DNA from: Octopus bimaculoides
Lineage: Eukaryota
Direction: 5' to 3'
Length of the DNA stretch: 64,000 bases
NCBI RefSeq assembly: GCF_001194135.2
Contig: NC_068982.1
Coordinates: 3,768,946 to 3,832,945, forward strand
The position numbers and the translations under genes are program-made. Under the pieces are notes generated by a model that was given only the letters and a program-made list of their open reading frames with translations, was not told the origin of the DNA and did no database searches. Of the stretch, positions 50,401-58,870 are shown in pieces (position 1 is the first letter of the stretch; the number at the start of each line of letters is the position of its first letter).

Positions 50401-53400
50401 GACGTTAAACAACGTTTAATGATGATGATGATGATGTGAGGTTGTACCCTTTTATATCAAAATGGAAACCTAGTCATTCAATAGAGATTGATAATGCTCA
50501 AGTTAAGATTGACTAAAACCTTTACAGATTGATAGCAGTAAAGTGAGAAAAGATTTTATTTTTTGCATCTCACAACCAAAACTCAAGAGTCACAAAACCA
50601 ATTTTGTTGCTGTAAATCCAGTAAGTAATCAGCTGTGTGGTTAATCACCTTAATTGCAGGAAATATCTCTAGACACCTTCCCTGTCCTACTGGGGTAACC
50701 AAGTATCCCTTCTATAGCAAGACATCTCAGTCCCTCTATTATACCCTAACCTCTCTCTTGGCTCACAGCCACTTCCCTCGGTTCCACCCTGTCCCTCAGT
50801 TGAGAGGTTTTTATTTTGCGAGCTACCTGGTGACCCCCACTGGTGCCACATAAAAAGCACCCAATACACTCTGTTGGTATTAAGGAGTACATCCAGCTGT
50901 AGAAGCCATACCAAAACAGATGGGGCCTGGTGTAGCATTCCAGCTGGCCAGTCCCTGTTGACCTGTCCAACCCATGCCAGCATGGAAAACAAACAGGAGA
51001 TTTTAATGCCCAACCCATGCCAGCATGGAAAACAAACAGGAGATTTTAATGCCCAACCCATGCCAGCATGGAAAACAAACAGGAGATTTTAATGCCCAAC
51101 CCATGCCAGCATGGAAAACAAACAGGAGATTTTAATGCCCAGTCATCTATTTTTCCAAAGGTGGAAGAGTTAAAATTTTCTTGCAAAGCTATATGAATGG
51201 TAAACGACTCTTCTTCAATCCAGTTGCTCTCTTGATACAAAAAAAAATATTGAAGAACATAAGCAAATAAATACAAAAGCATATTTATAAGTTTAAAATA
51301 TTTAGTCCTGCTGTAGAATAATTTTGGGGTTCAAACCTTCTTTTTCAACAAGTTGCATGACTGACATTGAAATTAATAGGTTTGATTTTAATGAGTCTCC
51401 TCAGAATATGGGCTTTGCCATATAAAACCCCTGATAAATAATCTAAAGCATGTTTTATTCTCAATGATTTAAAATTTGCCAAAACATTTTAGGATATAAC
51501 TCCAATATTTTTCCATGCCAAAACTAAAATATCTCAAGCATAACTTTCTCTTGTACAGATTTCATCATTACCTTTTAAGGTCCCGCTTCCATAAGTTGAA
51601 GGACTTAACAGGACCCAAACGACCCCAGGAGTGGGACAGATCCAAGCTGTCTGACCCATCACTGCATTGAAAGTGGATGAAATTTGTACAAGAAGTTAGG
51701 CTTCAGATATTAAGTTTTGGTGAAGAAAAATATTTGAGCTATAACCTAAAACTGTTTGGAAAAGTTAAATCATTGGGAATAAACAAGTTTTATTTAATAA
51801 ACATCATCGTTTGATGTCTGTTTTCCATGCTGGCATGGATTGCACGCTTTGACAGGAGCTGGCAACCCAGAGAGGTGTACCAGGCTCCAATTGTCTGTTT
51901 TGGCATAGTTTCTATGGCTGGAGGCCCTTCCTAATGCCAACCACAGAGTGTAGTGGGTGCTTTTCATGTGGCACCAGTACCAGTGGGATTGCCAAGAAAG
52001 TTGCAAAACAAAGACCTCTTAGGTGAGAGAGGGAGTAGAACTGAAGACGTTTTCAAGCATTGGTTTCATCCTCAGGTAAATCACATTATTCGGTGAAACT
52101 GGTTCTTTAGACTCACTCAATGCATTCGCTCTCACTTCCACAGCCAAAACACTTTGCTAAATCCTTCTTCTCTGAAATACTCGAAGCCACCTTCTCACCT
52201 CTGTATTCCCATCAACCATGATTCTGCCAGAGTGAAAAGTAAATATTAACAGCCCAAGAGTTAAAAAGACTACAAGTATTACTCAAAACTCTTCTTTGAA
52301 AGCAAAAGGAGGAAGAAACGTCTCTTTGTTTAGTGGATGATTGACAATAAAGACAAGATGTAAAACACCTCCTCTGGCTATTCTATATTTACTGAACCAG
52401 CTGATTACATCAAAAGACAATTGTGATAACTTTTCCATAGTTGCTGGAAATCAAATGCTAGAAACGAGAGAACAGAGATTGTCTGCGAGAAAGATAACAG
52501 CTGGAATAGAAATCAAGTGAATTTTTTATTCAACTAACAGAACACTCAACATAGATTATTATAATTTGTGTAATTGTGAGGAATCTACTGGTTTGCTGAG
52601 TAAACAGAGCCAGCCAAAGACTACTTATTCACATATAATCATTGTTAGTTTTTTATGAGAACAATCTACAGAAAAGGTTGGGTTTTTTTTCATCTTTTAA
52701 TAGCTAAAAACTAAATGTTCCACCTCAACCTCTCCAAAACTCTTAGGTTACCAGCATCAATACTTTTCCCTTTTTATCACCCATTTAATTTTTTTTTTTT
52801 TTTTATCCTCAAAAAAACATGATTTGGTTTACTAATTTATAAATTTATTTCATTAATATGTAAACCAACATCTTTTGTGGCACTCCTAAATTATCACTGT
52901 AGATAGTAGGTAGAGACTGCCTTGTCTGTACAAAGGCATGTTAATATCAAACTATTTAAATAATAAATTCCTACAGTTACAATAATAGTTTTACGTATTC
53001 ACAAAATGTCTGGGTTTTTGCCTAAGACAACCTTCTAAAATTACTTGAAGGATCTTATCAAAAAAAACGTTACAAATATTCTTGAACTTGCTACTGTACG
53101 GAATCTAGATGTGAACAGAATGTATTAGGAACTAAATAAAAATTAGTACAAACATCCTCAAACAATAGGTTTCAAAATGATTTTAATCGACAAAACTATA
53201 AACTTTCGTATATTTATCCCAGATTCGATTATTATGGCGGCGAGCAAACAGAATCGTTAGCGCATCGAACAAAATGCTTAGCGGCATTTCGTCCGTCCCG
53301 AGTTCAATGTTGCCTTTCACCTTTCAAGTTCGATAAAATAAATACCAGTTGAGCACTGGGGGTCGACGTAATCGACTATTCCCTTCTCCCAAAATTTCAG

Positions 53401-56159
53401 GCCGTGTGCTTATAAGTAGAAAGGATTATTATTAAAGCAGAAAGAGCAAGCAGAATCGTTAGCGCATCGAACAAAATGCTTAGCGCTATTTCTTCCGGCT
53501 CTTTACGTTCTGAACTCAAACACCGCCGAGGTCAGCCTTTGCCTTTCATCCTTTCGGGATCGATAAAATAAAGGACCAGTCAAGTACTGGGCTCGGAGTA
53601 ACCGATTTGTCCCTTCCCCTCAAAAACTGGTGGCCCTGTGCCAAAACTATAAAGAATTGTTGTTAAACACAACAATGGAGTGGGAGAGTCAGGAAATTAA
53701 TCTGAAAATAACTAAAATGTTTTCGTATGTTCAAGGAACTAAACTAATTTAACAATAGTGCTGTAATAAAACCAAGTTATCTCCTAATTAAGCTCTTTCG
53801 AAGAAAGAATAAATTTAAATCTAATGAAAACATTTCTTCTGTGAGAATCTATACAAAGACATCATTTTGTTGACTTTTCAATGGAGAACATATTCAAGAA
53901 GGTTTCAGTTGTACTTCGAATAAAAACAGCTGAGTTAAATATTGAACTAGTCTAAAACTGATATATTCAACAGAAAATATACAGGGGAAAAAAATGGTAA
54001 AATATTAAGCAATATATAAAGGAAACATTTTTTTTGTGTGTCTCATAAAATAATCCTTTTGTTAGGACGAAAAATGTACTCGTATATACCATATTGTCAT
54101 TGAATTAATATTAATAAGAGAATCATAAAATAAGCATTTGTTTAAAGGAAATTTTCAAAAACTATAAAAGCAATGTGGTCAATCAGTTAAACAGCTGCCT
54201 ATCAATAAAGGAACAAAGGTTCTTTGCTGGTAGACAAACAAAATGGACCCCTCGGCGGTCCAACACATTCTACACTCCACTACTTTTTCAAAGTCTATAA
54301 AACAACATAATTGTTATTGTAAGATAATACAAAATTATATTCAAGAGTAAGAAATCACTGAGGGGAAAATCGAGAAATTGTTAACCGAACTGAAATAGAA
54401 ACTAAATAACGGTTAAATTCAGAATTTTGAAAGGGAACAGAAACTTATTCTCCTATAAACAATACATAAGCAAGAATAAATTTTCAACAGTAGAAATCAG
54501 CTGTCAACACAAATGTATTTAACGGAAAGCTCAACTGAAACAAATTAACAGGTCCCCCCTCGACATAAGTTTTATTTTTATTAAATATTACGACTGATGG
54601 TTTGAAAATGAGTAACCTCTGCCTGACTACTTCATTTCGTTTCTGTTTACATAAAAACCCAATATATATATTTTTCTTTTTCTAATTTCAAACTATAATA
54701 ACTTTTTTTTATACGAAAAATGCCTGAAACCAGTTAATTTCGTTTTTTGTTTACATGAAAACCCAACGAAATCTAGTTTCAAAATATATTTTAACTTCAT
54801 AGGTAAGATAAAAAGTGTGAATATATGAGTGTGGAAATAAGAGGAAATTACTATTCAGCCAATTAGTATTTGTGTTTTTAATCAATAAAGAGATAGTCCA
54901 GGGTGGGAAAGGGGTGGTTTAATTAAGAAACAAATCAGTAATACGTTGTAAAGACGGGTGTCCATGGAACAGATGATGGGACATTTACCCCCAACTAGTG
55001 CTTGGAAATGTAACTCCACTAAAATGAAAAAAGAAATTACCATATTAGGAGCATCGCATATAATTTCCTGATATTAAGGAATATTATAAAAAATAAAGGG
55101 ATTGTTATTGTCTATATTACATTATTTTAATAAAATGAAAGAGAAATATTACTTTTTATGTCACATTACCCTGGAACTTCTATAAATTCCTGTTTGACCT
55201 TTTTTAATTAACACGAATTCTTCAAATTCAAACATTAACTGAACAATTCTCAGAATCAATTTCGCAGAGAAAGGCAAAACAGATCTAAAACATAATATTC
55301 ATAAAAAAAACTAACAGTTACATATTAAAAGGTGAAATATTTGTCGAATTGTATAATAAATTCGTTTGATATTTAAAATGTCTACAAAGAGGGGGGGATT
55401 CGGTCTTTTTTATTTTCTTCTAGAAACATTTTAATGAGGTTTTTACGAATTGTTGATAATTCATTAAAATGCAATTTCCTTTAAAAAAAAGAAAACAGGA
55501 TATTTCTTATAATAAAAGCATTGAGATACTTGTTTAAAATGCAAATTCATAAATCTATTGCACAGTGTTACAAATAAAAGCAAACCACAGCCATGTTTCC
55601 TTTCTAGGTTCTCTTCATTTCAGATTTCAAAAATCGTGACTGTCGCCAGAATAATAATATTGCCGAGCATAATTCCAGCACAAAACAAAACCATTTCGTC
55701 CCTATTTAGACACAAGCCAATAAATAACCCAATCAGGGATCCTAAATATACAAATAAACTCTTTGATTCTAAACCATTTCTTATTTTGTCCCCCGACATC
55801 TTCCCAATGTAAAACGAATTACACAAAGCGAAGCAGCTCTATTCTCTCTCGTTTACTAAACTATAAATGCCATTTTATTTATTATATTATGTTTAATTTA
55901 TAAAATAGATATCGAGTTTTCAGTGAATGGTCAATGTTTGATTATTTCTCGTGATTTTCCGTTTGGTTTGCACGAAAATAGATTTAATATCGACAAAACG
56001 ACTCTTTGAAATCTGAACCGAAAAACCGAGAGAAGGACCGTTTCGGAAACAATAACAAGCAAAAGAAAGAGGGACAAAAGCAAAGAATTGGTTGGTCGGA
56101 TGCGAGATATACAAAAAGGTAATCTATGGGTTCACCTGCACTGGTTCTTGTATAAGCAT
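6692..56159 (-). CDS. CDC27: Cell division cycle protein 27 homolog (APC/C subunit 3, TPR protein); whole spliced coding span, about 794 codons accounted for plus one exon not visible
   Basis: Manual splice reconstruction gives MLIQEPVQ-AAIWDALNNY...TPR repeats...LQAMESDESL*. It is collinear with human CDC27 as I recall it (MTVLQEPVQAAIWQALNHY...ESDEF). All visible introns are GT-AG, and phases match except between 39065 and 32139. Confidence 0.98.
7480..8320 (+). mobile_element. 5'-truncated RTE-clade LINE: ORF C-terminus + 3' UTR + (ATG)n tail
   Basis: GLSLRMKGRLYDACVQTAMLHGSGTW...RCLHWYGHV...GRLRKTW-EVV-RDL...DQDLWR*, followed by the common tail ...catgccagcatggaaaacagacgttaaacgatgatgat. 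Confidence 0.92.
8390..8635 (+). mobile_element. RTE LINE ORF fragment
   Basis: YDACVRTAMLHGSETWAVTAEDMRSLERNETSMVCWMCNVS. Confidence 0.85.
11992..12148 (-). CDS. CDC27: CDC27 exon 19 (157 nt, VHKKLGNTHLALSNFSWAMDLDPKGINNQIKEGIDKRYVTDDDDSLVKMNDP)
   Basis: ttgcag|GTACAT...CCAG|gtaaag. Confidence 0.97.
13365..13455. repeat. (GA)n microsatellite
   Basis: Direct inspection. Others: (GGTA)/(GATA) 2045-2110, (GAT/GGT) 15140-15225, (TA) 23403-23436 and 10593-10616, (TG)/(TA)/(CA) 62970-63155. Confidence 0.97.
14345..14800 (+). mobile_element. Tc1/mariner-superfamily transposase remnant (WFQQD type)
   Basis: WFQQDTAAAHRA-DT...P-L---FFL-G-LKENV-AVKPQTL, with frameshifts. Confidence 0.75.
15300..15860 (-). 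mobile_element. Mariner (D,D34D-type) transposase 3' half, decayed
   Basis: VMFYVCWNYEGIIRYE...TRPHTARTT...AYGPDPVPLNYYLL-SMVHFL (YSPDL region)...GIKELA-RWLQ. Confidence 0.85.
15880..16200 (+). mobile_element. Second mariner transposase C-terminal remnant, opposite orientation
   Basis: DYYLFRSVDHFLRSQRF-N*EELEASVKGFFSLKDKNWF--WIKELAVR-LQTVQ--GLFF. Confidence 0.85.
16346..16420 (-). CDS. CDC27: CDC27 exon 18 (75 nt, EALEELEELKQIVPKESLVYFLIGK)
   Basis: tttcag|GAAGCC...GGAAAG|gtgagt. Confidence 0.97.
16705..16833 (-). CDS. CDC27: CDC27 exon 17 (129 nt, VQHALKKSEMALQTLDRAISIDPNNPLCKFHRASILFANDKHK)
   Basis: ttatag|GTACAA...CATAAA|gtaagt. Confidence 0.97.
16960..17330 (+). mobile_element. RTE-clade LINE reverse-transcriptase remnant
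   Basis: FGFVSGR--TD-LFLVR-LQ...K-FNR...LDEWLV--V-AM...GLVLNPILFII...F-NGCP. Confidence 0.75.
18891..19008 (-). CDS. CDC27: CDC27 exon 16 (118 nt, YGVGMIYYKQEKFQLAELHFNKALMINPKSPALLCHVGV)
   Basis: ttccag|GTATGG...GGTGTG|gtaagc. Confidence 0.97.
19992..20252 (+). mobile_element. Family D solo copy (tRNA head + body + complete tail), hammerhead helix II partly mismatched
   Basis: TGGTGTAGTGG A box, GAGTTTGATTCC B box, CTGATGAAGACTG...CAGCAGAAACGTTGTGTT, ending cataattcctcatctcttaaatatagaactg. Confidence 0.88.
20455..20582 (-). CDS. CDC27: CDC27 exon 15 (128 nt, VDPNFAYAYTLLGHEYVFTEEFEKGLSSFRNSIRVDSRHYNA)
   Basis: tttcag|GTTGAT...GCATG|gtaagt. Confidence 0.97.
21386..21439 (-). CDS. CDC27: CDC27 exon 14, visible 3' part (SLQKEHDTAIKFFQRAIQ); its 5' part lies in N-gap 21440-21566
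   Basis: ...ATTCAG|gtgagt donor. About 9 codons (xWCAxGNCF) are expected inside the gap. Confidence 0.93.
23708..23860 (-). CDS. CDC27: CDC27 exon 13 (153 nt, AEKVFAELRELEPYHMEGMDLYSTALWQLQREVELSALAQELTEMNKNAPE)
   Basis: ttttag|GCTGAA...CCTGAG|gtattg. Confidence 0.97.
24600..24850 (+). mobile_element. RTE-clade LINE ORF C-terminal remnant
   Basis: WYGHVLRGDEEHVLRRMLEFEVNG-QKQGRPRKTW-GQVEE---RVGL--EDAQNRARWQ. Confidence 0.85.
26522..26694 (-). CDS. CDC27: CDC27 exon 12 (173 nt, GILKLLQSMGRAFQAL...GWVLCQVARAYFELNNYIQ)
   Basis: tttcag|CTGGTA...TTCAA|gtaagt. Confidence 0.97.
26731..27090. mobile_element. Family D element: full copy on minus (26731-26995) fused head-to-head with a partial plus arm
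   Basis: Intact minus-strand hammerhead at 26808-26854, tRNA head on minus at 26925-26992, decayed plus-arm hammerhead. Confidence 0.88.
27319..27965. mobile_element. Family D divergent subfamily, fold-back with 5' extension
   Basis: Inverted arms of about 200 bp, hammerhead-like GAACACCTGATGAAGGCTGgagaatacatCAGCTGAAACGTTGTC (minus, 27396-27440), tRNA-like segment near 27695-27765. Confidence 0.8.
29330..29528 (-). CDS. CDC27: CDC27 exon 11 (199 nt, ENNKSQSKSRFTSPKSGTRKSK...MRQQSL)
   Basis: ctatag|GAAAAC...CTAG|gtaggt; open frame, phase 0 to phase 1. Confidence 0.92.
29889..30280 (+). mobile_element. GC-rich short retroelement-like insert, probably RTE-derived
   Basis: GC about 50 percent and CpG-rich in an AT-rich intron; ends with LAQDCANWR...*, resembling the RTE ORF terminal AxDRxxWR motif. 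Confidence 0.5.
30713..31176. mobile_element. Family D fold-back element
   Basis: Intact plus-strand hammerhead at 31080-31126, decayed minus-arm motif, central inversion at ccactacaccatat...atatggcatagtgg. Confidence 0.88.
31347..31413 (-). CDS. CDC27: CDC27 exon 10 (67 nt, LQTNVTNVRRSQRLFGNSSSVK)
   Basis: ttccag|GTTGCA...GTTAAA|gtaatt; RRSxRLF motif. Confidence 0.93.
32021..32139 (-). CDS. CDC27: CDC27 exon 9 (119 nt, PVTRRSQNQNLHPSIPKPTVFSQSGNTNTRELATSNQQS)
   Basis: ttgtag|CCTGTT...TCAGG|gtaagt; conserved VFSQSGN. The acceptor position is less certain (see finding). Confidence 0.9.
32790..33018. mobile_element. piggyBac-type MITE family 1
   Basis: TTAA-CCCTTTC...GAAAGGG-TTAA with about 12-bp imperfect TIRs; second copy inverted at 19171-19399. 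Confidence 0.85.
33222..33448. mobile_element. hAT-type MITE
   Basis: CAG(C/T)GGT(T/C)CTCA...TGAGAAGCACTG ends. Related copies at 19502-19837 and 38505-38730; fragments at 27170-27300, 47953-48050, 48420-48520 and 4400-4555. Confidence 0.7.
33600..33765 (-). mobile_element. Non-LTR retrotransposon RT remnant
   Basis: VGDLVSPSFS (QGDPLSP-like) followed, after a frameshift, by GYADD*. Confidence 0.4.
34087..34133 (-). ncRNA. Minimal type I hammerhead ribozyme motif (sense to CDC27 pre-mRNA)
   Basis: Exact reverse complement of 34322-34368. Confidence 0.78.
34322..34368 (+). ncRNA. Minimal type I hammerhead ribozyme motif
   Basis: AGACAC CTGATGA A GGCTG gagggtatat CAGCC GAA ACGT T GTGTT. Conserved core, helix II 5 bp, palindromic helix III ACGU, helix I 4-5 bp, predicted cleavage after GUU at 34363. 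Confidence 0.78.
35757..36238. other. Assembly gap (482 N), the largest of 11 N-runs
   Basis: Other gaps: 1803-1812, 2472-2558, 3829-3928, 10617-10654, 21440-21566, 23437-23631, 33766-33943, 37702-37720, 44388-44397, 63050-63059. Confidence 0.99.
36748..37293. mobile_element. piggyBac-type MITE family 2, interrupted by an RTE tail (36845-37170)
   Basis: TTAA-CCCTTTAGCATT...AATGCTAAAGGG-TTAA; uninterrupted copy at 23982-24207, another interrupted copy at 25303-25713. Confidence 0.85.
37400..38355 (+). mobile_element. 5'-truncated RTE-clade LINE with internal deletion
   Basis: LEVVDSFHYLG...SESVAARIRIGWAKFRELLPLL...SSETW, then the 3' UTR and (ATG)n tail. Confidence 0.9.
39065..39237 (-). CDS. 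CDC27: CDC27 exon 7 (173 nt, FESPLPADK...NFSSLSPLTP)
   Basis: ttctag|TTCGAG...CCAAG|gtaaga; open frame ending in the conserved LSPLTP(S). Confidence 0.93.
39927..40290 (+). repeat. Variable tandem array in the RTE 3' UTR (six units of about 49-66 bp, with a 113-bp higher-order duplication)
   Basis: Units start with aagcaccatttgagc near 39927, 39991, 40057, 40106, 40170 and 40219. Confidence 0.9.
40494..40699 (-). CDS. CDC27: CDC27 exon 6 (206 nt, EKVDVTKIFQPP...CTPAGICK), start of the disordered S/T-P-rich loop
   Basis: ttatcag|GTGAAA...TAAG|gtaagt; GEK-D--K-F resembles human GEKPDPDQTF. Confidence 0.9.
44489..44586 (-). CDS. CDC27: CDC27 exon 5 (98 nt, KTERFSHASECYQKSLKLNPLLWSSFAKLCSL)
   Basis: tttcag|TAAAAC...CTAG|gtaagc. 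Confidence 0.97.
45921..46046 (-). CDS. CDC27: CDC27 exon 4 (126 nt, LSEAEELLVGNAVSKSKTFEEIEVEYGPVACHVFSLLGNLY)
   Basis: ttttag|ATTATC...TATAG|gtaatt; lies within ORF 45917..46120. Confidence 0.96.
46545..46778 (-). mobile_element. tRNA-headed SINE family C with a 17-bp TSD
   Basis: Flanked by atatacagtactgtttc at 46528-46544 and 46779-46795. Other copies: 1-115(-), 140-290(-), 3345-3530(-), 4925-5115(-), 22360-22560(+), 31655-31865(-), 45495-45705(-), 53238-53420(+), 53438-53645(+). Confidence 0.92.
47494..47641 (-). CDS. CDC27: CDC27 exon 3 (148 nt, ANDESLYLLATCYYRAGKPVQSYLLLQSRGCHTAQCKYLLAKCCFDTD)
   Basis: ctttcag|TTGCA...GATAG|gtaggt; phase 1 to phase 2. Confidence 0.97.
47786..47861 (-). 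CDS. CDC27: CDC27 exon 2 (76 nt, AAIWDALNNYAVTDATFLAERLFSE)
   Basis: tttcag|GCTGCG...GAAG|gtacca. Confidence 0.97.
50968..51139 (+). repeat. Perfect tandem repeat, 4 x 43 bp
   Basis: caacccatgccagcatggaaaacaaacaggagattttaatgcc at 50968, 51011, 51054 and 51097. Confidence 0.97.
56136..56159 (-). CDS. CDC27: CDC27 coding exon 1 (24 nt, MLIQEPVQ)
   Basis: ATG CTT ATA CAA GAA CCA GTG CAG|gtgaac; phase 0. Confidence 0.93.
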
Positions 56160-56199
56160 CGTGTCTTTAAACGTCAACTACTTTGGCCATAAACATGAT

Positions 56200-56360
56200 C
56201 TATCTTCAAACACCCCATTTCGTTATAAGTCCGTACGCCATTGGGGTACGCCTCGCTTTCAAATATTCATCACGTGATTGCGAATCGTAAACGAAAAAGC
56301 GAAAAAAACACTAAACCGGTCGATTACAAAAATAGGAACGGAATTGACGAAATTTGAAAA
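56200..56360 (-). promoter_or_regulatory. Probable CDC27 core promoter / 5' UTR, locally CpG-rich
   Basis: Directly upstream of the ATG. CCAAT (minus) at 56240-56244, CACGTG at 56271-56276, TTTGAA/TTCAAA (CHR-like) at 56205-56210, 56258-56263 and 56353-56358, and dense CpG. Confidence 0.55.
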
Positions 56361-58179
56361 TATTCCAGCGAGTCGGTTTTTTTTTTAACTAACATTTTAT
56401 TTATTTTGGTGGGAATAAGATGTTTTCATTTTTTTTAAATATCTCCTAAGTAAGCCAAAACATAAAACAATTACTAATTTTCTTCAATTAGTTGTAACAT
56501 CAATACCAGATCGCTTCATAAGACTCGATATCAAATTTTATTATTTTTAACTGTTTCGGATCACATTTCATTTCTGTTTTATTAAATTAGAGATTTGTCT
56601 TTTTTTTCCTTCCTTGAGTGAAAAAGCAAAATGAAAAGATTTTTAAATATTTAATACTTGTTTTACTTTTTCATTTTGATGTTGATTTCGTTTATAAATA
56701 AAATTTGAATCTTATAAACAGTATTTTAAAACAATACTATTCTCTCTTTTAATCAAGAAAGTTAATTATTAGATCAGTCAATTTAAATATAATCAGTCAC
56801 CCTGGATTGGGGGAGAATTTTTTTTTTTTTTATTAAAAAGACACCTACAATTTTTTTCAATTTATTGGTAATATGCAGACGAAAGTTTAAATTCACTTTT
56901 AGTCGTGTGTAATTTTAGCCAATCAAAAAAGGCTCTCCAATGCTTAAGTAGCCTGTTGAACCATTTTTGTCTATATTAAACTAAAGTCAAAATTTGTTCA
57001 AGCATGCTTATCGGCTACCAAGAGCCACGGTAAAATGTCTTCTCTCTCTCTCCTTCTCCTCCCCCTTCAAAGCAAGACGGTAAGCCTTGGTCTAGCCTCG
57101 ATAGAATAATTTCTACCAGTTTAACTACATGTACATTTCTCTCTTTATAAGTGTCATTTGCTCCACAACACAAATTATTCTATTGACATGGACATTTTCT
57201 ACTTGCCCAATCCAATTGTCTCTGTAAAACACAAATACTTACATTTTTCATAGCACTTTTCTACGACCCAGATTACCAGACTTGTCTGTACATTTTTACG
57301 AACTCCTTTTATTTTGTCTGAATCCCTGCAATGAGCAAATTATCATTATTATGCTCTGATATATTTTAATTTGTAGCATGTCAGGAAAGCTATTTTTGTT
57401 ATCGCGTTGTAGCATAGTAGTGCTATGGCAAGCTCCAGCCAATCAGGTCTGGGCGCATATTAATACCAAAAGCAATTCTCTACCCAAGAAGAGAAGCAGG
57501 TATTTTAACCAATTAGTGGAAAGACATCATACAAGCAACATCTGAACAGCCTCTTTGTTTTTCACACCAACTTCGCACTGCTACCTCTGAATTATATCTA
57601 CTCACAACATGGGAACAGCCTATTTCATTTATGCCAACTTTACTCCATGAACTTCTGAATACCATCAGCCCACAACTCTGCTATATAATGAACAGTATAT
57701 TTTCATTTACACTACCTCAGTTTCTGTTAGCTTATAACGACTTCCAATTGAATCCACATTTTAAACATGAGTTATAAAGCTTTCTCTGACTTATGCACAT
57801 ACACTGGCTACACTCAGACGACTTGTCAGCTCTCATTATCCTTTAATAGATTAAATTATTTTGTATAAAAATGCTTTCTGATATTCCATTACACATGCTT
57901 CTCAAAAGCTCACTTACAGGACCTCTCAATGAACACTTTTACTAAAGCAGGTAACCTTTTACCAACATTCTCCCTATAAATTGGTGACTCGACATCAAAA
58001 TATTTCTTTGGGAAATATTTTTCAGGAAAGAAAAGAAGAAAAAAGAAACTAGTGATATCCTTAACATGCGTGTTTGATTTTCTCTTACAACCATGTGAGT
58101 GCATTTGGCTTTCAAGATGGCTACCCTTCTTGCTGACATTTTAAGTTCCTGTGTAACCTTGTGGTGCCTTACGTATGTG

Positions 58180-58870
58180 CAACAGTACCCAACACACATG
58201 CCTTGCTACGATTAGGATTTCATTTTCCCACTCGCTGCCATAGTCACACCATTGACAAAGATGGCATTTGAGCTCTACCAGACAAAGTGTGAGCTGTCAA
58301 GGACATTCCTCCTACAACTTCCCTTCATTAGTTACACCACTTCCTTGGCTTACTTAACTTCATCCCTCACTTCACAGGACTCCTGTCTCCACTCAAGAAG
58401 ACTGAAACCATTTCACTGACTCCTACTCAAACCAAAGCTTTTGTAACTGTAAAACATGAACTATCTAAAGCAGCTCTCCTTGCACATCCTGTCTCCGATG
58501 CAAAGCTTTCGCTTATGGTGGGTGCATCAGACACTACAATTAGCGCTGATTTACAGCAATTTCATCAGCAACACTTATAACCTCTTGCTTTTTCTCTCGG
58601 CAGCTGAAACCTGCTGAGGTGCGTTACAGTGCTTTCAGTCATGAATTGTTGGTGTTATACCTGCCAGTGAAGCATTTTCAACACAGCCTTGAAGGAAGGA
58701 GCTTCACTATATATATTGACCACAAACCTCTTACCTTTGCTTTGTGGTCCAAGCCAGAAAAGTACTCACCGAGAGAGACTCGACACATCTCTGGCACACA
58801 AAACAATGCTGCAGAAGCATTGTTCCATCTGCTGATTAATTCTTTAGCGTCCACTGCAGATATCAACCTG
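58180..58870 (+). mobile_element. Ty3/Gypsy LTR retrotransposon pol remnant (RT end, RNase H)
   Basis: AFVTVKHELSKAALLAHP...ASDT-I-A-LQQ...PLAF-SRQLKPAEVRYSAFSHELL-LYL-VKHF-HSLEGR-FTIY-DHKPL; frameshifted. Confidence 0.9.

Larger units (their letters stand above)
5415..51990. repeat. Dispersed RTE 3'-tail repeat (family B), roughly 30 copies counted by eye, on both strands
   Basis: Core aagcacc...gtggttggcgttaggaagggcatccagctgtagaaac...ccatgccagcatggaaa..gacgttaaa(tga)n. Examples: 5415-5700(-), 8860-9086(+), 10325-10590(-), 13930-14185(+), 18393-18720(-), 20720-21030(-), 21735-21965(+), 36239-36505(+), 39860-40455(+), 44780-45225(+), 48075-48380(+), 49865-50437(+). Confidence 0.92.

Noticed and set aside
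50968-51139. CRISPR-like repeat array
   Set aside because: The units are fully identical with no unique spacers, the context is eukaryotic, and there are no cas genes.
57420-57900. Coding-like stretch on minus, possibly a DNA transposase
   Set aside because: No motif I could recognise, with frequent stops.
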